Shown piece after piece: positions 38,033 to 47,547 of a stretch of 64,000 bases of DNA. The translations under genes and the position numbers were made by a program. The notes beneath the pieces were generated by a model that made no database searches, had not been told where the DNA came from, and saw only the letters and a program-made list of their open reading frames with translations. This DNA comes from a virus. Each line of letters opens with the position of its first letter. Position 1 is the first letter of the stretch. The stretch spans positions 40,564-104,563 of the IMG/VR virus record IMGVR_UViG_3300047440_000809; one strand, written 5' to 3'.

Positions 38033-39355
38033 ATGGGTGATGGACCTCTGCCCGGCGCCGAAGGCGGTGGCTTCCTAGGACCCACCGCGGTGCCGAGCGG
38101 CGGCGCGCAGGGCACGCAGGGCCCACAGGGCGCGCAAGGTTCGAGCGGAGGCCCACAGGGGGCTCAGGGCAGGCAAGGCGCACAAGGGTCGCAGGGGGCG
38201 CAGGGCGCGCGTGGCGTCCAGGGGTCACAGGGGTCGACGGGGGCCGGGACGCAAGGGGCTCAGGGCGACACCGGCGCGCAGGGGGCCCAGGGTGCCTCTG
38301 CCGGTAGCACGCTCGCGGCGCTCTACACGTTCGGGCTCGGCGACGTCCCCACCGTCGACAACCGGCTCGTGGGGGCCATCTCGAACATCTACTTCGACAC
38401 CGACGGCCGCGTGGTCATCGAGACCAACACCGGCCACGAGGGGAACACCGATCCATTCGTGCGGCTCATTCACGACGTCCTCGCCCAGGGCGAGCAGACC
38501 TTCAACAACCAGGAGATCCACTACCTCCCTGCCGCGGGGTTGAACGGGCTCGCGGCCACGACGCCGACGGGGTTCCGCACCGACTACGACCTCGTGGACT
38601 CGGGCGGCTCGACGTTCCACTTCGCGCACGAGCGCTACGAGAGTGGCAACGTGGTCATGGGCAACCCGTTCACACCTGACCCGTTCCCCGTGCCATCAGG
38701 CGCGCCGTACATCGCGCACGAGGTCTACCTGCTTCAGCCCGACGGCTCGACGGAGACGCTGCACCAGTGGAATGCTCTCGGCACGTACACGCAGAACGCC
38801 TACGTGCCGAACGGCGGCGTGCCAGAGACGCTCGCTACCATCATGACGCTCATGCACGCGAACGCGGGAGGCGGCGTGCTCCAGGTCGGCAGCGGCGTCG
38901 GATGGACCGTCAACTGGACGTCGGGGACGCTGCCCGTGCTCGGACGGCTGAACGTAATCCTCGACAACAACGGCTTCCTGACGGAGGAGGCCCATTGGCT
39001 CTTCCAGGCGCAGCGGTCCGGCGCTGGCGTCGTCGACATCGCACGGATGGACCCCAACCTGGGCATCGACAGCCTCCTCGGGTTGTTCACGTTCAGCAGT
39101 GACGGAACCGCCGCGAGCGCTGCCGCAGCCGGAGCCGCCAAGATGATCTACAACGACACGCGGAAGACGGCACAGCTCAGCGTCGACACCGGTGGCTATG
39201 TTGATCTCTTGACCGGATCTGCTGTCGCCAACGGCGGTGTGACAGTGACTTTCGGCGCCGCCACAGCGCCGGCAGGCAGCAGCGCAACGCCTACTCGGTG
39301 GCTCAGCGTGCCGGACGGCGCCGGTGGTACCTTCACAATGGCCAGCTTCAGTTGA
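38033..39355 (+). CDS. second collagen-like fibre protein (short repeat)
   Basis: Same [12 protein letters not shown] N-terminus; GAQ repeats. Confidence 0.8.
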   Translation: MGDGPLPGAEGGGFLGPTAVPSGGAQGTQGPQGAQGSSGGPQGAQGRQGAQGSQGAQGARGVQGSQGSTGAGTQGAQGDTGAQGAQGASAGSTLAALYTFGLGDVPTVDNRLVGAISNIYFDTDGRVVIETNTGHEGNTDPFVRLIHDVLAQGEQTFNNQEIHYLPAAGLNGLAATTPTGFRTDYDLVDSGGSTFHFAHERYESGNVVMGNPFTPDPFPVPSGAPYIAHEVYLLQPDGSTETLHQWNALGTYTQNAYVPNGGVPETLATIMTLMHANAGGGVLQVGSGVGWTVNWTSGTLPVLGRLNVILDNNGFLTEEAHWLFQAQRSGAGVVDIARMDPNLGIDSLLGLFTFSSDGTAASAAAAGAAKMIYNDTRKTAQLSVDTGGYVDLLTGSAVANGGVTVTFGAATAPAGSSATPTRWLSVPDGAGGTFTMASFS

Positions 39356-39369
39356 AAGGACTTGCCTCC

Positions 39370-39696
39370 ATGCTTCCAGGACCGACGAGCGGAATGACCG
39401 AACAGCAAGCCGAGGCGACGCTCCGCACGACTGCCGAGATGACCGAAGACGAGATCGAGTTTCGTGCCACGCACGAGAGTGACGTCGCCGTCATGAGCAT
39501 GCGCCAGACGCGTGAGGTGCTGTTGCTCAAGGCCAGAGGCGCCAACAAGGACATCCCTGCGGATACGCCCGGTATGCTGACGGACGAAGAGATCGAGCTG
39601 AAGAGAGGGCACACCAAGGACTTCATCGCCCTCCGCCTGCGGGCCAATCGTGACCTCGCGAAGCTGAAGTTGAGACAGGCAGGTAAGGGCGGCTAG
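39370..39696 (+). CDS. hypothetical protein with internal MT(D/E)xEIE repeat
   Basis: RBS AAAGGA. Confidence 0.55.
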   Translation: MLPGPTSGMTEQQAEATLRTTAEMTEDEIEFRATHESDVAVMSMRQTREVLLLKARGANKDIPADTPGMLTDEEIELKRGHTKDFIALRLRANRDLAKLKLRQAGKGG

Positions 39697-39977
39697 ACGC
39701 CTTCGAGCAGCTCGCGGATCGCCGCCTCGGCCAGCGCACCCACGTGCCTGCGGATGTGACCGCGGCTCATCACCACCGTGGTGGGCGTGGCCTTGATGTT
39801 GAGGGTCGTGGCCAGCTCTTGGACGCGTTGGCCGCCCCGCGCGAGGTCGTAGACGCCGATGGGAAAGCGCCGGCGGAAGGCGGCGGCTATGCGCTGGAAT
39901 CGCGGGATGTACTCCGAACAGGCGGGGCATCCCGCCTGACCGAAGACGAAGACGCCGACGGGAGCCGGGCGGGACAT
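39693..39977 (-). CDS. thioredoxin-like protein
   Basis: GCPAC, ATPT cis-Pro motif. Confidence 0.8.
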   Translation of the reverse strand: MSRPAPVGVFVFGQAGCPACSEYIPRFQRIAAAFRRRFPIGVYDLARGGQRVQELATTLNIKATPTTVVMSRGHIRRHVGALAEAAIRELLEGV

Positions 39978-39982
39978 GGGGA

Positions 39983-40282
39983 TCAGCGGCGGGGGAAGCA
40001 ACGATTGCGGAATGTGTCGTCGGCGTGCTGAAGTGCCTGATCGAACTGCGTCAACGTAGCGCCGCCAGCGCGGCCGGCGCCGCCAGCGTCACGATGCGCC
40101 CAGGCGGCGCCGTTGTCCCAGCGTGCTTGCTTCAGGGCCTCGTACGCAACGGCACAGCGCCCTTCCTGCGCCGCGAGCAGCCCACTCTGTGCGCGCGCGA
40201 TGCCGCTCTCGACATGACGATCTCTGCGCTGCGAGTGCGCCGCTGCGCTCGACCCGAGCCCACCGCGCCGGCGCCGCTTCAC
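39983..40282 (-). CDS. basic protein starting KRRRRGGLGS
   Basis: Coupled GTG start. Confidence 0.6.
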   Translation of the reverse strand: MKRRRRGGLGSSAAAHSQRRDRHVESGIARAQSGLLAAQEGRCAVAYEALKQARWDNGAAWAHRDAGGAGRAGGATLTQFDQALQHADDTFRNRCFPRR

Positions 40283-40578
40283 CGCGACATCCCCTTGCAC
40301 ATCTGGAAGTTGCGCAGCGCCGAGTTCACCAGGCGGCCGCCGAAGTACCAGAGACCTACCGCAGCGGCCGCACCCAGGAAGCCCGTGCCGACGCGCTTCT
40401 GCCCGAACTTGTAGATCGAGAAGACGCCTGCCCCGAGGCCCCCGAGCGCGGCCATGCCTCCCGTGATGACCAGTGGCTTGACCTGCATGGCGCAGAGCAG
40501 GTCACCTGTGGACGGGGGCGGGATCGCCGGTCCAACGTCGCCCGGGTCTGCACCGCTGATCGTGAACACGGTCTCCAT
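40279..40578 (-). CDS. membrane protein
   Basis: 2 TMs; leaderless promoter TCGACA-N18-TACTAT-N6. Confidence 0.6.
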   Translation of the reverse strand: METVFTISGADPGDVGPAIPPPSTGDLLCAMQVKPLVITGGMAALGGLGAGVFSIYKFGQKRVGTGFLGAAAAVGLWYFGGRLVNSALRNFQMCKGMSR

Positions 40579-40615
40579 GCACAGATAGTACCGCGGGGGC
40601 GCGGCCCCTGTCGAA

Positions 40616-40774
40616 TCAGCGCCCGCCGTCGGGGAGGTGCTCGTCGGTCAGCGGAGGCGGCGTCGTGGGGTCGTTGCAGTTCTCGATGTTCGCGCACGGC
40701 TTGACCGGTGTGTTGTGGCTGTAACAGCCCGTGGCGACAGTGGCGAGGAGAAACAGCAGCGTGAACTGGCGCAT
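40616..40774 (-). CDS. 52-aa lipoprotein
   Basis: MRQFTLLFLLATVATGC lipobox (hand translation). Confidence 0.6.
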   Translation of the reverse strand: MRQFTLLFLLATVATGCYSHNTPVKPCANIENCNDPTTPPPLTDEHLPDGGR

Positions 40775-40827
40775 GCCAACAGCCTACCACTTTTGACTTC
40801 GCCCCGTGCAGCGGTACCATCGAAGGC

Positions 40828-41412
40828 ATGAAGAACCTCTGGAACAGCAAGGCCGCGCACGTGCTCATCCTGGTCGCTTCGGTCGCTGTCGGTGCGCTGC
40901 TGTCGCTCCAGCACGATCACCCGGCGTTCCATGCACACCTCATCGCGAACGCGCTCGTCGCGGTCTACGCGCTGGAGAAGATCCTCACGGACAAGCCCAC
41001 CACGGTGGCCGGCGCAGTCAAGGACGTGCTCGACAAGGCGCCTCCAGCGGCCGTGCTCCTGCTTGCCATGCTGCTGCCGCTCTCGGGTTGCCCGAAGCCG
41101 GTCCCGGGCCCGAACACGCCTGACGCGGCTGACGCGGCCGCAGGGCCCACGGCCGGTGGAGCCTTCAGCGCGTGCACCACGGACGCCATCAAGACTACCG
41201 CCCAGGGACTGCTCGGGAAGGTCGCCAACGCGCTCGCCACGGGCGACTACGTGACACAGCTCGCCCAGCTCGGAATCGACTTCGGCACGGCCGAGGTCAA
41301 GTGCGCCGTGCAGCTCGCCGTCGATTCGCTGCACCGGAAGGCGTCGGCCGACCCACTCGCCGGAACGCAGCTGTCGCACGGGAACGCCTGGCTCAAGATG
41401 CAGGGCCTGTGA
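40828..41412 (+). CDS. membrane protein, holin-like N-terminus with internal lipobox-like LSGC
   Basis: 2 TMs, third hydrophobic segment ending LSGC. Confidence 0.6.
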   Translation: MKNLWNSKAAHVLILVASVAVGALLSLQHDHPAFHAHLIANALVAVYALEKILTDKPTTVAGAVKDVLDKAPPAAVLLLAMLLPLSGCPKPVPGPNTPDAADAAAGPTAGGAFSACTTDAIKTTAQGLLGKVANALATGDYVTQLAQLGIDFGTAEVKCAVQLAVDSLHRKASADPLAGTQLSHGNAWLKMQGL

Positions 41413-42107
41413 TGCAGATCGGGGTCGTCAACAAGTCGTCGACGCTCAGCGCGACCGCCCTGGCGTTCATCGTTGACGCCTGGGATCGCCAGGCCAAGGA
41501 GTTCGCCGACGACTGGGGCGTGCCCTACACCCCAGTCGTCCTCTACGACACCGAGAACGGCCTGCCGACCGACACGGGCGAGGTGCGCCTCCTGACCATC
41601 CAGGACGTGCTCGACGCGCCAGACGCACTGGGGTACCACGACGACGTACTGGGCGTCATCTTCGCGCGCATCCTCGCCGATAACAACGCCGAGGCGGGGC
41701 CGCACGAGGTCTGCGAGGAGGAAGGCGACCCCACGTGCGACCTCTGGATGCCGATGGGTGACGGCCGCGAGGTGGCGAAAGAGAGCTGTGATCCGGTAGA
41801 GGGCGACAGCTACGACCAGGAGGCCACGGTCGGCGACGAGACCCGCCAGGTGCCCGTCTCGAACTACGTGCTGCCGTCCTGGTTCGACCCGAACGGCAAG
41901 GCGCCGTACGACAAGAAGGGGCTGCTCAAAGCGCCGCTGACCATGACCCCCGGCGGGTACATGATCGTGCGCGACGCGGCGGGCGATGTGGAGGACGTGT
42001 TCGCACAGAACCGCCGTGTGGAGCCCGGGGGCGAGGAAGGCCGACTGATGGCGGAGCGGAAGAAGGCGCGGCCGGACTCGCGCCTGGCACGCCGGCTACG
42101 TGGTTAG
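41412..42107 (+). CDS. putative metallopeptidase-like protein
   Basis: ALGYH, HEVCE, ESCDPV, SNYVLPSWF. Confidence 0.6.
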   Translation: MQIGVVNKSSTLSATALAFIVDAWDRQAKEFADDWGVPYTPVVLYDTENGLPTDTGEVRLLTIQDVLDAPDALGYHDDVLGVIFARILADNNAEAGPHEVCEEEGDPTCDLWMPMGDGREVAKESCDPVEGDSYDQEATVGDETRQVPVSNYVLPSWFDPNGKAPYDKKGLLKAPLTMTPGGYMIVRDAAGDVEDVFAQNRRVEPGGEEGRLMAERKKARPDSRLARRLRG

Positions 42108-42517
42108 GGCGACCTTCAGTTCGCCTGCATCCGCCCCACCGCCAGCAGGTACTCCTCGATCGACAGCTTCTTGAACGTCTCGCACGGAGGGTGCGTGTGA
42201 AAGAGCTGTGGCGGGGTCTCCGTCGCGATCACGCTCTGCTTGCAGAAGGGGCATTCGAACTGGACGCCTTCGCCGGTCTTTACCCGTTCCACACCGACGA
42301 TTGTACCGCCGTCACGCCGAGCCCCGAAGTGCGCGGGTGAACACCCCGGGGATGTTCACGTGTTCGTAGATCCAGTCGAGGCACGCGTCCTCCAGCTCCT
42401 TGGCTGACCACGTGCCCATCCCGATCGTGGCGAGCACCTCGGCGATCCCCGTCCACTCGCCACCAGAGCCTCGCAGGCCCGCGGCGTAGGCGACGACGTG
42501 CTCGGGGATCGGCGCGC

Positions 42518-42691
42518 TCATGGGGTCTTGCGCCTGTTCTTTCCCGAGGCCGCACCGCCCTTGCGTCCGGCCGCGCGGGCTTCTTCCGCGTCGAACTCGT
42601 GTGCGGTGCCCTTCACGTGCGCCGCCTTGCCACCCTTCGAGCTGATCTCGCGGCGGCGCTCGGGCGTCAGCGCACCGAACCCACGCGGCAT
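42518..42691 (-). CDS. KGG-repeat general stress protein (YciG/GsiB-like)
   Basis: RGFGAL..ERRREISSKGGKAAH..G.AHEF..EEARAAGRKGG (hand translation). Confidence 0.85.
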   Translation of the reverse strand: MPRGFGALTPERRREISSKGGKAAHVKGTAHEFDAEEARAAGRKGGAASGKNRRKTP

Positions 42692-42981
42692 CAGAGGGCC
42701 ACCATCATCACTTCGACGACGGCCACGTCGCCATCGAGCGCCTTGTACTCGACGGCCACGTAGTCCTTCTCGGCGCCGTCCTCGTCGTTGTCCTCGACCT
42801 TGAGGTGTTCGAGCGCGCGCTTGCGCAGGCGGGCGATGACAGCGAACGCCTGGCGAACCTCCTCGGGGTTGTCGATGGGGATGCGCATCTCGGCGTGCTG
42901 CACGAAGTTCTCGTTGCTGATCTCGCGCACGGTGATTTCAGGCATGACGAGAAGCTTGCCAGCTTGTTGGCAGGTGGTCAA
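42691..42981 (-). CDS. hypothetical acidic protein
   Basis: Coupled ORF. Confidence 0.55.
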   Translation of the reverse strand: MTTCQQAGKLLVMPEITVREISNENFVQHAEMRIPIDNPEEVRQAFAVIARLRKRALEHLKVEDNDEDGAEKDYVAVEYKALDGDVAVVEVMMVAL

Positions 42982-43433
42982 CGGCGGAAGCGCCGGCTGC
43001 CGGTGTACGTCGTCACTGTCGTCGTCCGCGTTGTGCCGGGGAGATTGCCGAGGGTCTTCTCGAAGTCCTGGATGATCTTTTCGGCATTGCCCATGAGGGC
43101 GTCGAACGACTTCTTGAACTCCGCCGACTCATTCTGCTCGGCGGTTTTGTGCATGCTGATCCCGTGACCCGGCGCGAGCGCCTCGGCGGCGTGCATGGCA
43201 CGGAGAGCGCGACGATGCGGCGGCCACCATCGGTGCAGGATCCCGCAGGACCACACGACGCCTTCATCCTCTGCGTGCAACACGAACGTGGGGCCACCGA
43301 CACGACCGTAGCCGAGCACGTAGCCTGCGAAGGCGAACCGGCCAGCGTCGAGGTGTTTGACGACGACTCCGAACCACGTGCGCGCGTCGGTGAACAAGGC
43401 AGTGATGCGCGTGCCGATCGGCGGGAGAGCCAT
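42978..43433 (-). CDS. DEGxxWxRG-family paralog
   Basis: PPIGTRITAL...EDEGVVWSCG...RALRAMHAAEAL. Confidence 0.65.
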   Translation of the reverse strand: MALPPIGTRITALFTDARTWFGVVVKHLDAGRFAFAGYVLGYGRVGGPTFVLHAEDEGVVWSCGILHRWWPPHRRALRAMHAAEALAPGHGISMHKTAEQNESAEFKKSFDALMGNAEKIIQDFEKTLGNLPGTTRTTTVTTYTGSRRFRR

Positions 43434-43798
43434 CAGCGCTTCGTGCCTGTAGAGAAGCCGCCGATAAAGGGGACGCCGCCGCTGACCATGGAGCCGACGT
43501 AAGACGTCATCGGGTTCGGATACATGCTTGCAGTCACGGCAGAACCAGGGCTCTGTGTGGCAGGAGCCGACACGATCAGCGCATACGCGGCCTGCGCCGC
43601 CTTCGCCTCGTCAGAGCCGAGCAGGTGATGCCCACGCAGCCACATGGCGCCCTCGTCTTCGTGCTTCAGCAGCGAGCCACCGAAGTCGATCGTGGAGAAG
43701 CCTTGCCGGTTCACCGTCTCGACGACTTCGAGAACCACGCTGTTCGGCAAGATCCGTGTGATCGGATCGTCGACGGTTACGCGCTTGGGCGCGCTCAC
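43433..43798 (-). CDS. DEGxxWxRG-family paralog
   Basis: EDEGAMWLRGHH...AKAAQAAYAL. Confidence 0.65.
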   Translation of the reverse strand: MSAPKRVTVDDPITRILPNSVVLEVVETVNRQGFSTIDFGGSLLKHEDEGAMWLRGHHLLGSDEAKAAQAAYALIVSAPATQSPGSAVTASMYPNPMTSYVGSMVSGGVPFIGGFSTGTKR

Positions 43799-45030
43799 AG
43801 CGTCACCGTCCGGGGCCCGCGGGCTACGTCCTGGCAGTCGACGATCGCCTGGGCGTGCTCGGCCAAGTACGCATAGTCGACATCGGTGTGGGCCGTCACG
43901 ATGACCACGCAGTCGTACTCGGCCACGGCGTCGAACTCCACGCTTGTCATCCCCGCGAACTGGAACACGCGATGGTCGTAGTAGCGCACGTGTGCATGCT
44001 GCTTCCGTAGCAACTCCAGAATCGTCAGTGCCGGCGACTCGCGCACGTCGTCGACGTCGGGCTTGTAGGCGACACCCATAAGCAGCACCTTGGAACCGTT
44101 CAGGGGCTTGCGTCGTGCATTCAAGACCTCCGCCACGCGCGACACCACGAACGCGGGCATCTCCCGATTGACCTCGTCGGCGAGCGCGATGAAGCGCGAC
44201 GTGTAGTGGAGCGTCTTGAGCTTCCACGCCAGGTAGAGCGGGTCGACCGGGATGCAGTGGCCCCCGAGCCCTGGGCCCGGGTAGAAGGGCATGAACCCGT
44301 AGGGCTTGGTGGCGGCCGCACGGATGACCTCCCAGACGTTGAGCCCGAGGCGATGGCACATGAGAGCCGTCTCGTTGACGAGCCCGATGTTCACGGCGCG
44401 GAACGTGTTCTCCAGGAGCTTGACCATCTCGGCCGCGTCGGTGGACGACATCGGCACCACGTAGTCGACGAATGTCGCGTAGAGCTTGATGGCCATCGTC
44501 ATACTTGCCGGCGACGCTCCCCCGAGCACCTTGGGCGTGTTCCGCACGCCGTAGGTCTTGTTGCCTGGGTCGGTGCGCTCGGGCGAGAAGGCCACGAAGA
44601 CGTCGCGGTCGAGAACGAACCCAGCGGCTTCGAGCTTGGGCACGAGCACCTCGCGCGTGAAGCCGGGGAAGGTGGTGCTCTCCAGGACAACGAGGCAGGG
44701 CGCGCGCATGTGGGCGACGACCGTGTCGAGCGCGGCGATGATGTAGGAGTTGTCCGGGTCGCGCGTCTTGGACAGCGGCGTAGGCACGCAGATGATGATG
44801 GCGTCCGCGTCGGCGAGGATGGCCGGATCGGTGCTCGCTTGAACCATGCCGCTGCCGGCGCTCAAGTCGACGCCCGGGATGTACGAGCGTCCGTAGTTGA
44901 TCTCGTCGACCTTATCCCGGTCCGTGTCGAGCACGAGCGTGGTGTGCCCTGCGTTTGCAATCTCGACGGCCAGCGGGAGCCCCACGTAGCCCGCACCGAT
45001 GACCACGACCGTGGCGACGTCGTTGGTCAT
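43795..45030 (-). CDS. wbpA: UDP-N-acetylglucosamine 6-dehydrogenase
   Basis: GAGYVGLPLA, CVPTP, ESTTFPG, FSPER, KLLENTFR, GGHCIPVDP, YKPDVDDVRESP. Confidence 0.9.
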   Translation of the reverse strand: MTNDVATVVVIGAGYVGLPLAVEIANAGHTTLVLDTDRDKVDEINYGRSYIPGVDLSAGSGMVQASTDPAILADADAIIICVPTPLSKTRDPDNSYIIAALDTVVAHMRAPCLVVLESTTFPGFTREVLVPKLEAAGFVLDRDVFVAFSPERTDPGNKTYGVRNTPKVLGGASPASMTMAIKLYATFVDYVVPMSSTDAAEMVKLLENTFRAVNIGLVNETALMCHRLGLNVWEVIRAAATKPYGFMPFYPGPGLGGHCIPVDPLYLAWKLKTLHYTSRFIALADEVNREMPAFVVSRVAEVLNARRKPLNGSKVLLMGVAYKPDVDDVRESPALTILELLRKQHAHVRYYDHRVFQFAGMTSVEFDAVAEYDCVVIVTAHTDVDYAYLAEHAQAIVDCQDVARGPRTVTL

Positions 45031-45299
45031 CTGGTCACGAGCGCTCGCGCGACCAGTAACGCCTGGACGGCTTCGGAGGCATCGTCGTGCCAGCCGCGCG
45101 TCCACGTGATGCCCTCGTCATCGACAAGGACGGTCTCGCTGTAGACGGCGCCGTTGTACCACCGGAAGATCGTGCCGGATCGAATCGGATTTCTCGTGGC
45201 CCACCCGTCTACGGTAGCCCGATGCACGTGCCCCGCGGCGCTCACGACGGTGACGTACGGCCAGTCCGTGCGCTCGTACGTCACCGCCGCGGTTGACAT
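45027..45299 (-). CDS. DEGxxWxRG-family paralog
   Basis: DDEGITWTRGWH...VQALLVARAL. Confidence 0.7.
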   Translation of the reverse strand: MSTAAVTYERTDWPYVTVVSAAGHVHRATVDGWATRNPIRSGTIFRWYNGAVYSETVLVDDEGITWTRGWHDDASEAVQALLVARALVTR

Positions 45300-45446
45300 C
45301 AGCTCAGCGCCCCAGCAGCCGCCGGTTGTGGTTGGGGCAGTAGCTCCCGCACAGCCCGCCGGCCTTGACGTGGGTTCGAACGCGGAAGCGGCCGGGGGGA
45401 ATCGTGTCCCAGGTCTCTCGTGCCTTTCGGATCGTGGTGCTGACTC

Positions 45447-45701
45447 TCATGTCGGTTCTCCTTGTTGGGTGTTGGTTTCGAGTAAGGTGTTCGCGATGAT
45501 CAGCGCACGCAGCTCCTCACTATCCTTGCCGTGGAAGCCCCGAATCCAGTACATGCCTTCGTCGTCGGGGCTCAGGCGCCAGCCGCCGGGGAACGCCTCT
45601 ATCACACCGTCCTTGTCGATCGCGCGTACGCGCCCGCGCGCTATGAACATACCGTCCAGCAGCACCGTGATGTCATCGCCGACGATGAGGGGCGTGCTCA
45701 C
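45447..45701 (-). CDS. DEGxxWxRG-family paralog
   Basis: LIVGDDITV...DDEGMYWIRGFH...LRALIIANTL. Confidence 0.7.
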   Translation of the reverse strand: MSTPLIVGDDITVLLDGMFIARGRVRAIDKDGVIEAFPGGWRLSPDDEGMYWIRGFHGKDSEELRALIIANTLLETNTQQGEPT

Positions 45702-45946
45702 GCAGCCCCTCCTACCAGCGCGTGCGCGGCGAGCAATGCTCTGGCCTCGGGTGCGTCAGGCTCGTGGTGATCGCGAATCCAGTGCGTGCCTTCGTCGCGC
45801 AGCACGAGTTCGCCGTACGTGCCGGTGCCGCCCCGCCAACGGAAGCATCCAGGTTCGTGCCACTGGTACACGTTCGCTCGACGCAAGTGCCCACCTACAA
45901 CAATCGTGATGGCGTTGCCGAGCCGGAGTTGTCGCCGGCTCCTCAC
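45698..45946 (-). CDS. DEGxxWxRG-family paralog
   Basis: LRLGNAITI...RDEGTHWIRDHH...ARALLAAHAL. Confidence 0.7.
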   Translation of the reverse strand: MRSRRQLRLGNAITIVVGGHLRRANVYQWHEPGCFRWRGGTGTYGELVLRDEGTHWIRDHHEPDAPEARALLAAHALVGGAA

Positions 45947-46377
45947 TTCCCTGCTCCGTGGAACGTGTCGCTGCGCCCCTGGTAGACATCGGCCAGCGCG
46001 GTGAACCCCGCTTCGCGCTTCACCGACTCCGCCTCGGACATGCCCAGCCCACGTCGAATGAAGTGACGGGCGAGCCCGGCCTTCGACATCTCGCGACGGG
46101 CAGCGCCAATCACCAGCAGCGCGATTGTGGCGGCGTCGAGGCTGAGCCCGGCGAGCCCGCTGGAGATGACGTTCTCGGTCTCTTCGAGGTGATTCGCCTG
46201 CGCCGCGGTGGCGCCGAGCCCCCGGCGGATGTGGAAGCGCGCCAGCTCGGCGACGTTGCCCTGGGCGTTCGTGGTGGCCTGGTCGCACAGCGCCTGGGCG
46301 ACGTCGCGTTCGAGACGCAGCCCCGTAAGGACGGAACCACCCTTGATGCCCTTGTCGCGGCGCCGGGCGGCGGTCAC
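45943..46377 (-). CDS. tandem ribbon-helix-helix-like regulator
   Basis: Duplicated GLxL...(AEL/AGL)AR(FH/HF)IRRGLG. Confidence 0.6.
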   Translation of the reverse strand: MTAARRRDKGIKGGSVLTGLRLERDVAQALCDQATTNAQGNVAELARFHIRRGLGATAAQANHLEETENVISSGLAGLSLDAATIALLVIGAARREMSKAGLARHFIRRGLGMSEAESVKREAGFTALADVYQGRSDTFHGAGK

Positions 46378-46700
46378 GGCAAGAGCACACGCGCCAGGAA
46401 GATGAGCACCAGCCCGAGGACGTTCTTGGTGATGCGGTAGCTCACGAACAGCGCCGGGGGGAACCAGAGCGGCGCCAGGACGATCCGCCAGGGCGTGGCA
46501 ACGAGATGTGCAGCACGGAGGAGGATCAAGACGGCCAAGACGAGCAACCAGACACCGGCGTAGCGGTCGCAGCGATGTCCGGCGGCGAGAACGCGGGCTC
46601 TGCCAGCGTCGATGGAGGACGGGCTCGCTGAGGGCTGTTTTTCCACCGTGAGAATCGTGCCCCAATCCCGTAGTGGCCGCCATCCTGAACATTCGCTCAG

Positions 46701-46755
46701 TCTTAGCAATTGCTAAGATTTATCTTGCGCAAAACATATATTCTGCGCTAGGGTG
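46701..46755. promoter_or_regulatory. perfect 18-bp palindrome plus sigma70-like promoter at a divergent-operon junction
   Basis: TCTTAGCAATTGCTAAGA; TTGCGC-N18-TAGGGT. Confidence 0.7.
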
Positions 46756-46763
46756 TCCCCAAG

Positions 46764-47099
46764 ATGAGCCAGAAAACGAAGCCGGTCAAGAGGGGCGGAA
46801 ACGATACGGCCTCGGGCGGCCCACCCAGCGCCGACCACGTCTACGGTATCAAGCGCGATCGGGGCCGCACAGGCTTCGGCAGCGGTCTTGTCCCGCCCGC
46901 TGCCGTCAAGCTCACCAAGGCCCAGCTCGACGAGCTGAAGCGCCTGGCGAACGGACCGCAGCACTCGTACGGGAAGGGACGCGTGCGCGTCCACAACAAC
47001 CTGCGCCGCCACGGGCTCGCGATGATCGGGCACTCCGACGGCTTCATGTGTTGGATCACGCAGGCGGGGCGGGACTTCCTCGCGAAGGCGGCGCGATGA
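46764..47099 (+). CDS. hypothetical protein, winged-helix-like C-terminus
   Basis: LTKAQLDEL...LRRHGL...ITQAGR. Confidence 0.55.
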   Translation: MSQKTKPVKRGGNDTASGGPPSADHVYGIKRDRGRTGFGSGLVPPAAVKLTKAQLDELKRLANGPQHSYGKGRVRVHNNLRRHGLAMIGHSDGFMCWITQAGRDFLAKAAR

Positions 47100-47547
47100 G
47101 CTGCCCCGCGACGTTCATGACTCGGAAGGGCACGGCGCTTCGTTGTCAGTCCTCAGCGACTGGAGGTGCCGAGCACGCTCCCGCGCCTTACTTTCCACAC
47201 GCCAGGCACTACGCCCACTCCGCCGAACACGCCGGCACGGTCGCGTGGGACGGGCTGTGGGGCTATGAGGACCCCCAGCTCCACACGCACGTCGCGACGC
47301 TCTGCACGGCCGCGTGCACGCCAGAGAAGCACATCGGCGGTGCAACGGCACCGGGGCTAGACCCTCCGGCTGATCGTGCCCGCCAGCTCCTACGCGACAC
47401 CATCGACGTCGAGGACAAGGCCGTGGTCGAGGGCGCCGCCATGCTCGCCGCCGGGCACGGCGTACGGTTCGTCTTCACGGTGCGGAACGGTGTGCACGTG
47501 GACGTGCGGGCGGAGCGCGTCGACTACGACGCGAAGGGAAGGATTCG

